Notes under the pieces: generated by a model
Told to the model about the DNA's origin: nothing
Database searches by the model: none
The model's input: only the letters and a program-made list of their open reading frames with translations
Shown here: positions 19,692-28,669 of the stretch, in pieces
Position numbering within the stretch: position 1 is the first letter of the stretch
Layout of the letters: each line of letters begins with the position of its first letter
Assembly: GCA_965198005.1 (NCBI GenBank)
Contig: CBDAOI010000004.1
Span: 1,216,001-1,280,000, forward strand
From: Spirochaetia bacterium
GTDB lineage: Bacteria > Spirochaetota > Spirochaetia > SZUA-6 > Bin103
DNA: 64,000 nucleotides
Reading direction: 5' to 3'
Translations under genes and position numbers: made by a program

Positions 19692-20333
19692 ATGAAGCTC
19701 TGGGACGCTCACTTTCACATCTGGCCCGGTTCGGCCGGCGGGGCCGCGGGTGGCGACGCTCCCGGGTATGCGCTTGCCGACTACCAGCGGGACGTGGCCT
19801 GCGACGGCTTCGAGTTGATCGGCGGCACGTTTCTCGAGGTGACCAGCGCGCGCCTGCCCGGCACCGCCGGGGCGCCGTTCGCCGACGCGTGCGCGACCGA
19901 GACGGAGTGGGTGGGGCAGCGGCTCGGTGCGTCGCCGCTGCCCTTCGTGATGGCGGCTTCGGCGCCGCTGGAGTACGCCGGTGTCGCCGCCGTGCTCGGC
20001 AGGCTGGCGGCGGACAGCTCGATCCGGGGCGTGCGCCAGATCCTCAACTACGACCCGTCCTGGCCGCGCAACGAGCACCTCGGCGACCTGCTGGAGAGTG
20101 CGCAGTGGCGGCGCGGGTTCGCGCTGCTGGAGGAATTCTCACTGGGATTCGATCTGCAACTCAACCCGCACCAGTTCGCACGGGCGGCGCGTGTGGTGGC
20201 GGCGCACCCGCGGATCCCGGTGGTGATCGATCATCTGGGCACGCCGACCCTGGCCGACCTGCGTGCGGGCGACCGCCAGCGCCTGTTCGGCGACAACGCC
20301 ATACGCGCCTACGGGGTGGACAAGTACTGCTGA
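19692..20333 (+). pseudogene. Amidohydrolase_2 (lactonase-like) with an internal C-terminal deletion
   Basis: DAHFHIW, RGVRQIL, FDLQ, VVIDHLG, then directly LFGDNAIRAYG; the usual K.SG and FGS(D/N) segments are absent. Confidence 0.75.
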
Positions 20334-20412
20334 GCGCCCACATATCGCGAGGTCCGGGCTCCTAGGCGGCTAGGCGCGAACTGGAGTGTTGACTTTCGAT
20401 TCGTTGGCGAAC

Positions 20413-20691
20413 ATGCAGAATCCTCCCCATCCGGGCGGTGTCTTGCGAAGACAGTGGATCGAGCCTTTGGGTGTTTCCATTACCCAGGCAGCCAAGCGTC
20501 TCGGCGTGTCCCGCAAGGCGCTTTCCGAGCTGTGGATGAACATGCAGTCCAGCTATGACTTGTGGCATGCCGAGCAGCGCAGGGACGAACTCACGGTAGC
20601 ATCTCTTGTTGCGGCGGGGCGGTGCGCGGGCGGCGCGGCAGGCGGACGCGGTCAGACGCCGAGCCAGGTGGCCCGGACGTCCGGGGACTGA
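20413..20691 (+). pseudogene. higA: HigA-family antitoxin with an internal deletion
   Basis: [11 protein letters not shown]...[30 protein letters not shown]; about 25 central residues missing; no higB. Confidence 0.8.
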
Positions 20692-21368
20692 TCGAGCTGG
20701 CCGGCGGTTCCCTGCCAGCGGACGCGGCCCTTGCCGAGCACGTAGACCCGCTGCGCCAGGGCGCTCGCGAACGGGTAGTTCTGCTCCACGATCAGCATCG
20801 TCATCCCCGCCGCCTTGAGGGTCTCGAGAATGCCGGCGATGCGCTCGACCACGACCGGGGCCAGTCCCTCGGTGGGCTCGTCCAGGAGCAGCAGACGCGG
20901 GGCGAGGGTGAGCGCGCGCGCGATCGCCAGCATCTGCTGCTCGCCGCCGCTCAGCTCGTTGCCGCGGTGGCCGCGGCGCGCCGCGAGCAGCGGGAAGTCC
21001 TCGTACAGCGCCTCGGGCGTGACCCGGCGGCCGGCCGGCTGGCGCGGCCGGCCCAGGTTCAGGTGTTCGTCCACCGTAAGCGAGGCGAAGATGCCGCGGT
21101 CCTCCGGTACGTAGGCGATGCCGCGGCGGGCGACGCGGGAAGCCGACAGGTGATGGATCGGATCGCCGGCGAAGCGGATGCTGCCGCGCGCGACCGGCAC
21201 GATGCCCATGATCGACTTGAGCAGGGTGGACTTGCCGGCGCCGTTGCGGCCGAGCAGGGCGACCACCCGCCCCTGGTCCACGTTCAGGGAGACGCTCTGC
21301 AGGACGTGGCTGCGGCCGTAGCAGGTGTCGACCGCCTCCAGCCGGAGCAGCCCCGTCGTCCGGGCCAT
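20652..21368 (-). CDS. livF: Branched-chain amino acid-type ABC ATPase (LivF-like)
   Basis: [38 protein letters not shown]. Confidence 0.92.
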   Translation of the reverse strand: MARTTGLLRLEAVDTCYGRSHVLQSVSLNVDQGRVVALLGRNGAGKSTLLKSIMGIVPVARGSIRFAGDPIHHLSASRVARRGIAYVPEDRGIFASLTVDEHLNLGRPRQPAGRRVTPEALYEDFPLLAARRGHRGNELSGGEQQMLAIARALTLAPRLLLLDEPTEGLAPVVVERIAGILETLKAAGMTMLIVEQNYPFASALAQRVYVLGKGRVRWQGTAGQLDQSPDVRATWLGV

Positions 21369-22213
21369 CAGGACCTGGTCCCGAGAGAGCGGGCGACGGC
21401 CCGCGCCGACTTGTTGCCGTGCGTGCTGCTGGGCGCCTTGGGCTGACCATGCCGGCTCCCACCCAGGTAGCGGCGCCGCACCTCCGGCGAAGCGCGCACC
21501 TCGGCCGGCGTCCCTTCCAGCAGCACGCGCCCGTAGTCGAGCACCGTGATCCGCTCGGCCACCCCGAAGATCACGTCCATGTCGTGCTCGATGATCAGCA
21601 GCGTCAGCGTGGACGGCAGGGCCGCCAGCAGCCTCAGGATGGCGGCGGTCTCCTCCGGACTCATGCCCGCGGTCGGCTCGTCGAGCAGCAGCACCAGCGG
21701 TTCCTGCACCAGCGCGAGCCCGATCTCGAGCTGGCGCTGGGTGCCGTAGCCGAGGGTGTCGACCCGCTGCTCCAGGTGGTCGGCCAGGCCCAGCCGCTCC
21801 GCGTGCGCCTCGGCCGCCGCCCGTGGCGCCGCGAAGCGCGCCGCCGGACGCCAGAAGACGTGGCCGATGCGGTGCTTCAGGGCGCACGCGAGGAACAGGT
21901 TCTCCCGCACCGTGAAGCGCGGAAACAGGTTGTTGCGCTGGAAGCTGCGCGCCAGCCCGGCGCGCGCGCGCACCTCCGGCGCGGCCCGGCTCAGGTCGCG
22001 GCCGCCGACGGCTACGTGGCCGGCGTCGGCCCGGACCTCGCCCGTGATCAGGTTGAACAGGGTGGTCTTGCCGGCGCCGTTGGGGCCGATCACGCCATGC
22101 CGCCGGCCGGCGGGCAGCCGCAGCGAGACGTCGTCGGTCACCAGCAGCGACCCGAACGACTTGCGCAGCCCGGTGGCGTGAAATACTTCGCCCGTCACGG
22201 CGCGGTCCGTCAC
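21368..22213 (-). CDS. livG: Branched-chain amino acid-type ABC ATPase (LivG-like)
   Basis: GPNGAGKTT, LLLDEPTAGMS, IEHDM, VRRRYLG; GTG start overlapping the livM stop. Confidence 0.9.
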   Translation of the reverse strand: MTDRAVTGEVFHATGLRKSFGSLLVTDDVSLRLPAGRRHGVIGPNGAGKTTLFNLITGEVRADAGHVAVGGRDLSRAAPEVRARAGLARSFQRNNLFPRFTVRENLFLACALKHRIGHVFWRPAARFAAPRAAAEAHAERLGLADHLEQRVDTLGYGTQRQLEIGLALVQEPLVLLLDEPTAGMSPEETAAILRLLAALPSTLTLLIIEHDMDVIFGVAERITVLDYGRVLLEGTPAEVRASPEVRRRYLGGSRHGQPKAPSSTHGNKSARAVARSLGTRS

Positions 22214-23232
22214 GGCGCGCCTCCCCGGCGCGCCGCGCGCGCCGCGCCGCGGGCCATCACTTCGCGGACCACCCAGGTGAGGCGGCCGTACAGACCGTCG
22301 CGCGCCAGCAGCACCACGGCGATGAAGAACAGGCCCATGACGAGCTGCCAGTGGGCGGCCATTTCCGCCGGTAGCGCCAGGCGGCTCCAGAAGGAGCCGT
22401 CGCTCAGTTGGTCCCGCATCAGAATGAACAGGGCGGCCCCGCCCGCGGCCCCGATCAGGCTGCCGCTGCCGCCGAGGATGACGATGATCAGGGCCTCGCC
22501 CGACAGCGTCCAGAAGGCGAGATCGGGCGACACGAAGCCGGTGTGCTGGGCCGTCAGCGCGCCGGCGAGACCGGCGAACCCGCCGGCGATGCCGAAGGCC
22601 GCCAGCTTGTAGCGCCGCACCGGACAGCCGAGCGCGGCCAGGCGGCTCTCGTTCTGGTGGATGGCGGTGAGCATCATCCCGAACGGCGACCGCCGCAGCA
22701 GCAGCAGAGCGAGGTACGCCAGCGCCGCGACCGCCACCGCCAGGGCCGAGAACACCGCGGGGTCGGCGGCCTCGAGGCCGAGCGCCGCCAGATCGAAGCG
22801 CGCGGCGCCGGCCATCCCGTTGTCGCCGCCGAAGGCGCGCGCCTTGAACAAGTAGGCGTGGACCATCTGCCCGATCGCCAGCGTGATCATGATGAAGAAC
22901 ACGCCGCCCAGCCGGACCACGAACAGGCCGACGCCGAGCGCGATCAGCGCCGCCGCCGCCACCGACAGGAGCAGCGCGCCTGCGGGTGGCCAGCCCCACA
23001 GCACGGTGGCCGCGGCGGTCGCGTACGCGCCGAGCGCCAGGAAGCCGGCGTGCCCCAGCGAGACCATCCCCGCCACGCCCACCAGCAGATCGAGACTCAT
23101 GGCGAAGATCGCCAGGATCGCGACCTCGGCGAGCAGCTCCTTGCCGAAGTAGCCGGAGCCGAACCACGCGGCCACGGCCACCCCGGCGAGCACGCCCGCC
23201 AGCGGAAGCTGGAGCGGGTCGCCCGCGCGCAT
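22210..23232 (-). CDS. livM: Branched-chain amino acid-type ABC permease (LivM-like)
   Basis: AMSLDLLVGVAGMVSLGHAGF, SPFG, ILGGSGSLIGA. Confidence 0.92.
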   Translation of the reverse strand: MRAGDPLQLPLAGVLAGVAVAAWFGSGYFGKELLAEVAILAIFAMSLDLLVGVAGMVSLGHAGFLALGAYATAAATVLWGWPPAGALLLSVAAAALIALGVGLFVVRLGGVFFIMITLAIGQMVHAYLFKARAFGGDNGMAGAARFDLAALGLEAADPAVFSALAVAVAALAYLALLLLRRSPFGMMLTAIHQNESRLAALGCPVRRYKLAAFGIAGGFAGLAGALTAQHTGFVSPDLAFWTLSGEALIIVILGGSGSLIGAAGGAALFILMRDQLSDGSFWSRLALPAEMAAHWQLVMGLFFIAVVLLARDGLYGRLTWVVREVMARGAARAARRGGAP

Positions 23233-23265
23233 CACCGGGCGCCGCGCACCGGGACCAGGCCGGCC
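23203..23265. repeat. 63-bp direct repeat, copy 1 (livH end / livM start)
   Basis: Identical to 25203-25265 except one base (GGGACC vs GGGATC). Confidence 0.95.
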
Positions 23266-23275
23266 TGGTTATAGC

Positions 23276-25174
23276 TCATTTGCCCTTCGCTGACGGACCG
23301 GATCCGGGCGCGCCGTGGGTTCGCGCGCGTAGCCCCCTTCCCTGTTCCGTCAGCCGATACTTCTGCAGCCGGCTGCGCGGTTTGTGGGGAATGGTCATTT
23401 CGAGCAGTCCTTGCGTGATGGCCGGTTGTTGGTAGGACTGCCTGAAGTGTTTTTCGTCTGTCAGCGCCAGCTTGGCCTGGATCTGTCTTCGGCTCATTGC
23501 GCCTTCTACGACGGATAAGAGCTTCACGACTTCGGGGGTCACATCGGGGATGACTTCGGGGTTGTCTTGGGGGTTGTCTTCGGGGGTCGCGGTGTTGTGG
23601 CCTCTTATTCGTGCTGACGGCCCTGTACCAGCCGCGCCGCGGGTTCGCGCGCGTAGCCCCCTTCCCTGTTCCGTCAGCCGATACTTCTGCAGCCGGCTGC
23701 GCGGTTTGTGGGGAATGGTCATTTCGAGCAGTCCTTGCGTGATGGCCGGTTGTTGGTAGGACTGCCTGAAGTGTTTTTCGTCTGTCAGCGCCAGCTTGGC
23801 CTGGATCTGTCTTCGGCTCATTGCGCCTTCTACGACGGATAAGAGCTTCACGACTTCGGGGGTTACATCGGGGATGACTTCAGGGTTGTCTTCGGGGGTC
23901 GCGGTGCTGTGGCCTCCTGACTGATCCCTTTCCGCCGACGCCCGCGCCGGCGGCTCCGACCGCCACACGCGCGCAACGAATACGTCCGTTACCGTGAACT
24001 CCGGTTCCGGCAGGCCGGCCGCCACGCAGCGGCGGATCATGTCGAGCGTCCCCGTCCCCATCCGTTCGATGTAGTTGACCAGATACATCGACTCCGCCAA
24101 CAACGGGTTGGCGGGCACCGACGCGTGGGGCGCGCGCAGCTTCTCGAAGGTCAGCGGCGGCGGCAGACTGCCGGGATTCCAAACCTCCAGCCGGTCGGCG
24201 AAGAGCATAACCTGGACGCTGCCGTTGCTCGTGTAGTCGCGGTGGGCCACCGCGTTGACGACGGCTTCGGTCACGACCTCCTCGGGAATCTCGTAGGTGC
24301 GTGGCGCCTGGGCGCTTTCCGACCTCGTACCGATGGCGCGATTGATCTTGCTGAGTACGAAGTCCACCGCCTGATCTACCAGCTCGAACACCGTGCCCTG
24401 ATACACTTGGTAGGAAGGAATCGGCTTTTCCACCTCCGTCCCGTGAAAATGGGCGCACTTGATCTCGGACGAGAGGAGAAAGCGTTGCGGAGAATTTCCG
24501 AACAGCAGGACGGCGGCGTTGGTGAGACGTCCCTTGTTCAGCAGCCTCAGGTGCTCCAGCAACGCATCGGGCGACGTTTCCTCGGGCAGAGGAAACTGCC
24601 TTATCCGGCGCGCCCCACGAACGAAGCGGGCCATCCACGCGGAGTCGAGATCGCCGAACGTAGCACCCTCGCAGGGGGTCGCGTCGAAAGGCCCGAACCG
24701 GATCCACTCCTTGACCTCAAGGTACTCCACAAGCGCTGCGTAGAGTCCGGTCACCAGTTCCTGCGCGGTATTGCACTGCTTGCGGATCACCCCGGACTCG
24801 GCGCTGCGGATCAGCGCAGCCATCTTCCGATGCCGGGTGTCGTCAGCAGCGCCTTTCACGAAGATCAGGCGATGCTTGCCAAGTGCCGTCGCATGGCGGT
24901 ACTCCCGCTCGGTTGGCGACACGCCTTCCTGATCCTCGGTTCCGTCCTCGCTCCCGAACAACCCCACGTAGATGTCCGAGTGCTCGACTTCATGCAGATA
25001 GAGCGCATCCGGCCGCCGGTCCGCCGCCGGGGCGTCCTCGAACAGGAACACGTCAAAGAAGCGCCGCATCAACGGGTCTCCGCGCAGGTAGTCGCGGAGC
25101 GCCGCCCGCTGCGAGGCGAACTCTCCTTGCACGCTGCTGATGAAGATACGGATGGGAGTCACTGGCCGTGTCAT
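23276..25174 (-). CDS. DUF4062 + Schlafen/RecG-C-associated ATP-binding (HATPase_c_4-like) domain + duplicated C-terminal winged HTH
   Basis: IFISSVQGEF..QR, DIYVGLFG, SPTEREY; EAVVNAVAHRDY, DRLEVWNPG, NPLLA, IERMGTG; MTIPHKPRSRLQKYRLT occurs twice. Confidence 0.85.
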   Translation of the reverse strand: MTRPVTPIRIFISSVQGEFASQRAALRDYLRGDPLMRRFFDVFLFEDAPAADRRPDALYLHEVEHSDIYVGLFGSEDGTEDQEGVSPTEREYRHATALGKHRLIFVKGAADDTRHRKMAALIRSAESGVIRKQCNTAQELVTGLYAALVEYLEVKEWIRFGPFDATPCEGATFGDLDSAWMARFVRGARRIRQFPLPEETSPDALLEHLRLLNKGRLTNAAVLLFGNSPQRFLLSSEIKCAHFHGTEVEKPIPSYQVYQGTVFELVDQAVDFVLSKINRAIGTRSESAQAPRTYEIPEEVVTEAVVNAVAHRDYTSNGSVQVMLFADRLEVWNPGSLPPPLTFEKLRAPHASVPANPLLAESMYLVNYIERMGTGTLDMIRRCVAAGLPEPEFTVTDVFVARVWRSEPPARASAERDQSGGHSTATPEDNPEVIPDVTPEVVKLLSVVEGAMSRRQIQAKLALTDEKHFRQSYQQPAITQGLLEMTIPHKPRSRLQKYRLTEQGRGLRARTRGAAGTGPSARIRGHNTATPEDNPQDNPEVIPDVTPEVVKLLSVVEGAMSRRQIQAKLALTDEKHFRQSYQQPAITQGLLEMTIPHKPRSRLQKYRLTEQGRGLRARTHGAPGSGPSAKGK

Positions 25175-25202
25175 CTTATCGCGGCCCCGAGCAGGCCGCG
25201 AC

Positions 25203-25265
25203 CGGAAGCTGGAGCGGGTCGCCCGCGCGCATCACCGGGCGCCGCGCACCGGGATCAGGCCGGCC
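25203..25265. repeat. 63-bp direct repeat, copy 2
   Basis: Exactly 2000 bp from copy 1. Confidence 0.95.
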
Positions 25266-26110
25266 GGCTTGAGGAGCAGGATCAGCGCCATCAGGGCATA
25301 GATCGTCACCCGCGCCAGCTCCGGCACCACCACCTGGCCGTAGGTGTCGGCGACGCCGATGATGAGCGAGCCCAGCGCCACCCCCTTGAGGCTGCCGGGA
25401 CCGCCCAGCACCACCACGATCAGCGCGAGAATCAGCACCGACGTGTCCATGCCGGGGAAGATCGAGAACACCGGCGCCGCCACCACCCCGGCCACGCCGG
25501 CGAGCAGGCAGCCCAGGCAGAAGACGAAGAAGAACACGCGCCCGATGTCGATCCCCAGGGCCGCCACCATGGTGCGGTCGTCCACTCCGGCGCGCACGAT
25601 GGCGCCGAGGCGGGTCCGTTCCAGTCCCAGGTACAACAGCAGGAACACCGCCGCGCCCAGGGCGATGATGAACAGGCGGTAGGTGGGATACACTTGTCCC
25701 AGAATGGTGCTGCGTCCGGCGAGCAGTGCCGGTACGTCGATCACGTGCGGCAGCGAGCCCCAGATCAGGTCTGCGGTCTCGGACCCGACGAAGATCAAGC
25801 CGAAGGTCACCAGCACCTGCCGCATCGGGTCGGCGCGCTGCAGGTGGCGCAGCAGCACCAAGTAGAGCAGCCCGCCCAGCACGGCTACGCCCAGGGGAGC
25901 CAGCAATAGGGCGAGCCAGAACGAATCGAAGGCGCGCACCGCGCTCAACGCCAGGTAGGCGCCGACCATGAACAGCGTGCCGTGCGCGAGGTTGATGAAG
26001 TTCATCAGTCCGAACACCACGGACAGGCCGATCGACAGCAGGAACAGCAGTGCCGAGAGCTGCAGCCCGTTCAGGGTCTGCACGATCAGGAACTGGGGAT
26101 CGAGCAGCAT
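25232..26110 (-). CDS. livH: Branched-chain amino acid-type ABC permease (LivH-like)
   Basis: GLSVVFGLMNFINLAHG, RTRLGAIVRA, VVVLGGPGSLKG, KPAGL. Confidence 0.93.
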   Translation of the reverse strand: MLLDPQFLIVQTLNGLQLSALLFLLSIGLSVVFGLMNFINLAHGTLFMVGAYLALSAVRAFDSFWLALLLAPLGVAVLGGLLYLVLLRHLQRADPMRQVLVTFGLIFVGSETADLIWGSLPHVIDVPALLAGRSTILGQVYPTYRLFIIALGAAVFLLLYLGLERTRLGAIVRAGVDDRTMVAALGIDIGRVFFFVFCLGCLLAGVAGVVAAPVFSIFPGMDTSVLILALIVVVLGGPGSLKGVALGSLIIGVADTYGQVVVPELARVTIYALMALILLLKPAGLIPVRGAR

Positions 26111-26262
26111 GGCGCGCCGGTTGCTTCCGGCGGCGCCACCCTACCACGCCTGCATCCGCGGCGCAGCCCCGCCGCCCGCCCGCGCCCCCGCCCGCCCGCA
26201 CCCCAACCGATCCGGCCGCGCGGCGGTGGATTCTCGGGCGGTTTTACGGCCACTGTACCGGC

Positions 26263-26592
26263 ATGGAAATGCGTCTGCTGTTCGATGTGCTGGGATGGAT
26301 CGGCACGGTCTCCCTGCTCAGCGCTTACTGGCTGGTTTCCACCAACCGGGTCGGTGGAACCTCCCGCTTCTATCAAACGCTGAACGTGATCGGCGGCGGC
26401 GGTCTGCTGGCCAATACCTTCTATAACCGCGCCTACCCGGCCGCGGCCCTCAATCTGGCCTGGCTGAGCATCGGGGTCACCGCCTACATCCGCGTGGTGG
26501 TCCGGCAGCGTGCCCAGCGCGCGTCCGGCCGCGCGGAAGGCGCGTCACGGCGCCGGCCCCGTCCGCGGCGCCCGCCCGGCCGCGAACGGTAG
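26263..26592 (+). CDS. Small membrane protein (CBU_0592-like)
   Basis: LGWIG...LSAYWL...YQTLN..G...AYPAAALNLAW; three short hydrophobic helices. Confidence 0.7.
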   Translation: MEMRLLFDVLGWIGTVSLLSAYWLVSTNRVGGTSRFYQTLNVIGGGGLLANTFYNRAYPAAALNLAWLSIGVTAYIRVVVRQRAQRASGRAEGASRRRPRPRRPPGRER

Positions 26593-26753
26593 CGCTGCAT
26601 CATTGCGGTTCAACCTCGGCGATGCCCAGGCGATTCCGATGATTCGTCAGGGCTGTTGCCTCGCTTGCCCACAAGCGGTAGAGTCGCCGGCAGTCAGCAC
26701 GGCTGCACGCAGCCGCAGTACCGAAGGCAGCAGCAGTACCCAAGGAGGAGCCC

Positions 26754-27062
26754 GTGCCACCACCCGTAGCCCTCAAGCTGACCGCCCGTGACAACGTGGC
26801 CACCCTGGTCGCGGCCGTCGAGCCCGGCGGCACCATCGCCGTACGGCACGGGCGCGAGCAGACCTCCGTCGCCGCCGGCGAGCGGATCCCGTTCGGGTTC
26901 AAGGTCGCGCTGGCCGACATCCCGCGCGGCGCGCAGGTCGTCAAGTACGGCGAGTCGATCGGCTTGGCCTCGGCCGACATCCCCACCGGCGCGCTGGTGC
27001 ACGTCCACAACCTGGAAGGCGCCCGCGGCCGCGGCGACTTGGCGCGGGGAGATACGGCATGA
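26754..27062 (+). CDS. SAF-domain small subunit of a UxaA-family dehydratase/sulfo-lyase
   Basis: DNVAT, IPFGFKVAL.DI..G..VVKYGESIG, VHVHN. Confidence 0.9.
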   Translation: MPPPVALKLTARDNVATLVAAVEPGGTIAVRHGREQTSVAAGERIPFGFKVALADIPRGAQVVKYGESIGLASADIPTGALVHVHNLEGARGRGDLARGDTA

Positions 27063-28255
27063 CGTTCCTCGGCTATCCGCGGCCCGACGGTTCGGTCGGC
27101 ATCCGCAACTACGTGCTGGTGATACCGGGCGGGCTGGCCGGCGCCAAGATCTGCGACTTCGTGAAGGGCACCAAGACGCTTCCGGTGGCGCCCGACACTT
27201 GGTCCGACCACACCAGCCGCGACCGGGAAATGTCCGCCCGCATGCTGATCGGCCTGGGGCGCAACCCCAACGTCGCCGCGGTCGTGATGCTCGGCGCGCG
27301 CACCGGCGCCCACTACGACGAGCTGCACCCGGTGCGGCTGGCCGACGCGATCGCGCAGTCGGGCAAACGGGTCGAATTCCCGGACAACCGGGGAGGCGGT
27401 ACGCTGGAGGGCATCGCGCAGGGCATAAAGCTGGCGCGTGAGATGGTGCACGAGGCATCGAAGATCAGGCGCGAACCGTGCGACCTGAGTCACCTCACGC
27501 TGGGCGTGAAGTGCGGGGCATCGGACACCACCTCCGGCCTGGCCGGCAATCCCGTCATCGGCAGCCTGTACGACCTGATCGTGGCGGCCGGCGGCACCGC
27601 GATGCTCGGCGAGAACACCGAGCTGGTCGGCGCCGAGCAGGTCCTGAGCACACGCGGCGCGACTCCGGAAGTGGCGCGCCGGATCGTCGCCGTGGCCGAG
27701 GAATCGGAGGCGCGCGCCAAGGCCACCGGCGAGGACATCCGCACCATCAACCCGGTTCCCGCCAACATCGCCGGCGGCATCTCCAGCCTGGAGGAGAAGT
27801 CGCTCGGCGCCATCGCCAAGTCGGGCACCGCACCGGTGCAGGGAGTGCTGGCGTACGGCGAACGGCCCCCCGGCAAGGGGCTGTACTTCGTCGACAACAA
27901 CCCGGGCATGGGCATCTTCACCGGCTACGCGGCGGCGGGGGCGCAGCTCGTCATGTTCCAGTTCGGGGGCGGCGGCGTCGGCGCCAAGGGGGACCGGGAG
28001 GCGCTGTTGTCCACCTCGCCCGGCATCGTCGCGCCGATGCTGTGGGCCACGGCCAACCCCAATACCCTGGCGATGGCCGAGAACAGCATCGACTTCTTCT
28101 CCGGTCCGGTGCTCGCCGGCGACGAGACCGCCGCCGAGGCGGCCGAGCGCCTGCTGCAGCTCGTGCTGGACATCGCGTCCGGCACCCTCACCAAGGTGGA
28201 GACGATCCGGCATACCGAGCCCACCCAATTCTACTTCAAGGACCCGATCTTCTGA
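27059..28255 (+). CDS. UxaA/GarD/SuyB-family large subunit
   Basis: GYPRPDGSVGIRNYV, KCGASDTTSG..GNP, GGISSLEEKSLG...KSG. Confidence 0.9.
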   Translation: MTFLGYPRPDGSVGIRNYVLVIPGGLAGAKICDFVKGTKTLPVAPDTWSDHTSRDREMSARMLIGLGRNPNVAAVVMLGARTGAHYDELHPVRLADAIAQSGKRVEFPDNRGGGTLEGIAQGIKLAREMVHEASKIRREPCDLSHLTLGVKCGASDTTSGLAGNPVIGSLYDLIVAAGGTAMLGENTELVGAEQVLSTRGATPEVARRIVAVAEESEARAKATGEDIRTINPVPANIAGGISSLEEKSLGAIAKSGTAPVQGVLAYGERPPGKGLYFVDNNPGMGIFTGYAAAGAQLVMFQFGGGGVGAKGDREALLSTSPGIVAPMLWATANPNTLAMAENSIDFFSGPVLAGDETAAEAAERLLQLVLDIASGTLTKVETIRHTEPTQFYFKDPIF

Positions 28256-28659
28256 TGCAAACGCGCTGCGCAGTCAACGCCGCCGAGGCGGACGCCGTGA
28301 AGGCGGTGGTGGAGCTGACCGGCGGCGGCGTCGACTACGCGTTCGACGCGATCGGGGTGCGCGCCACGACCGAACAGATCCTGCCGGCGCCGCGGGCCGG
28401 CGGCATCGGCGCCCACAACCTCGGCGGCATGGCGGTGTTGATCGGCATCCCCGGCAAGGAGATGACGCTCGATCCGAATCTGTTCATGCGCCACCAGCGC
28501 CAGTACCGCGGGAGTCTCGGCGCCACGCTCCCCGAGCAGGACTTCCCGACCTACCTGCGGCTCCATCGCGAGGGCAGGTTTCCGCTCGACCAGATCAACG
28601 AAGCCTGCGCCGCTCTCCACGCCGGCGAAATCCTCGGCCGCGCCATCATCGAGTACTGA
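28255..28659 (+). pseudogene. C-terminal fragment of a zinc-binding alcohol dehydrogenase
   Basis: LTGGGVDYAFDAIG...GRFPLD|QINEA...GRAII; catalytic and NAD-binding N-terminal part absent. Confidence 0.8.
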
Positions 28660-28669
28660 TGACGACCGA

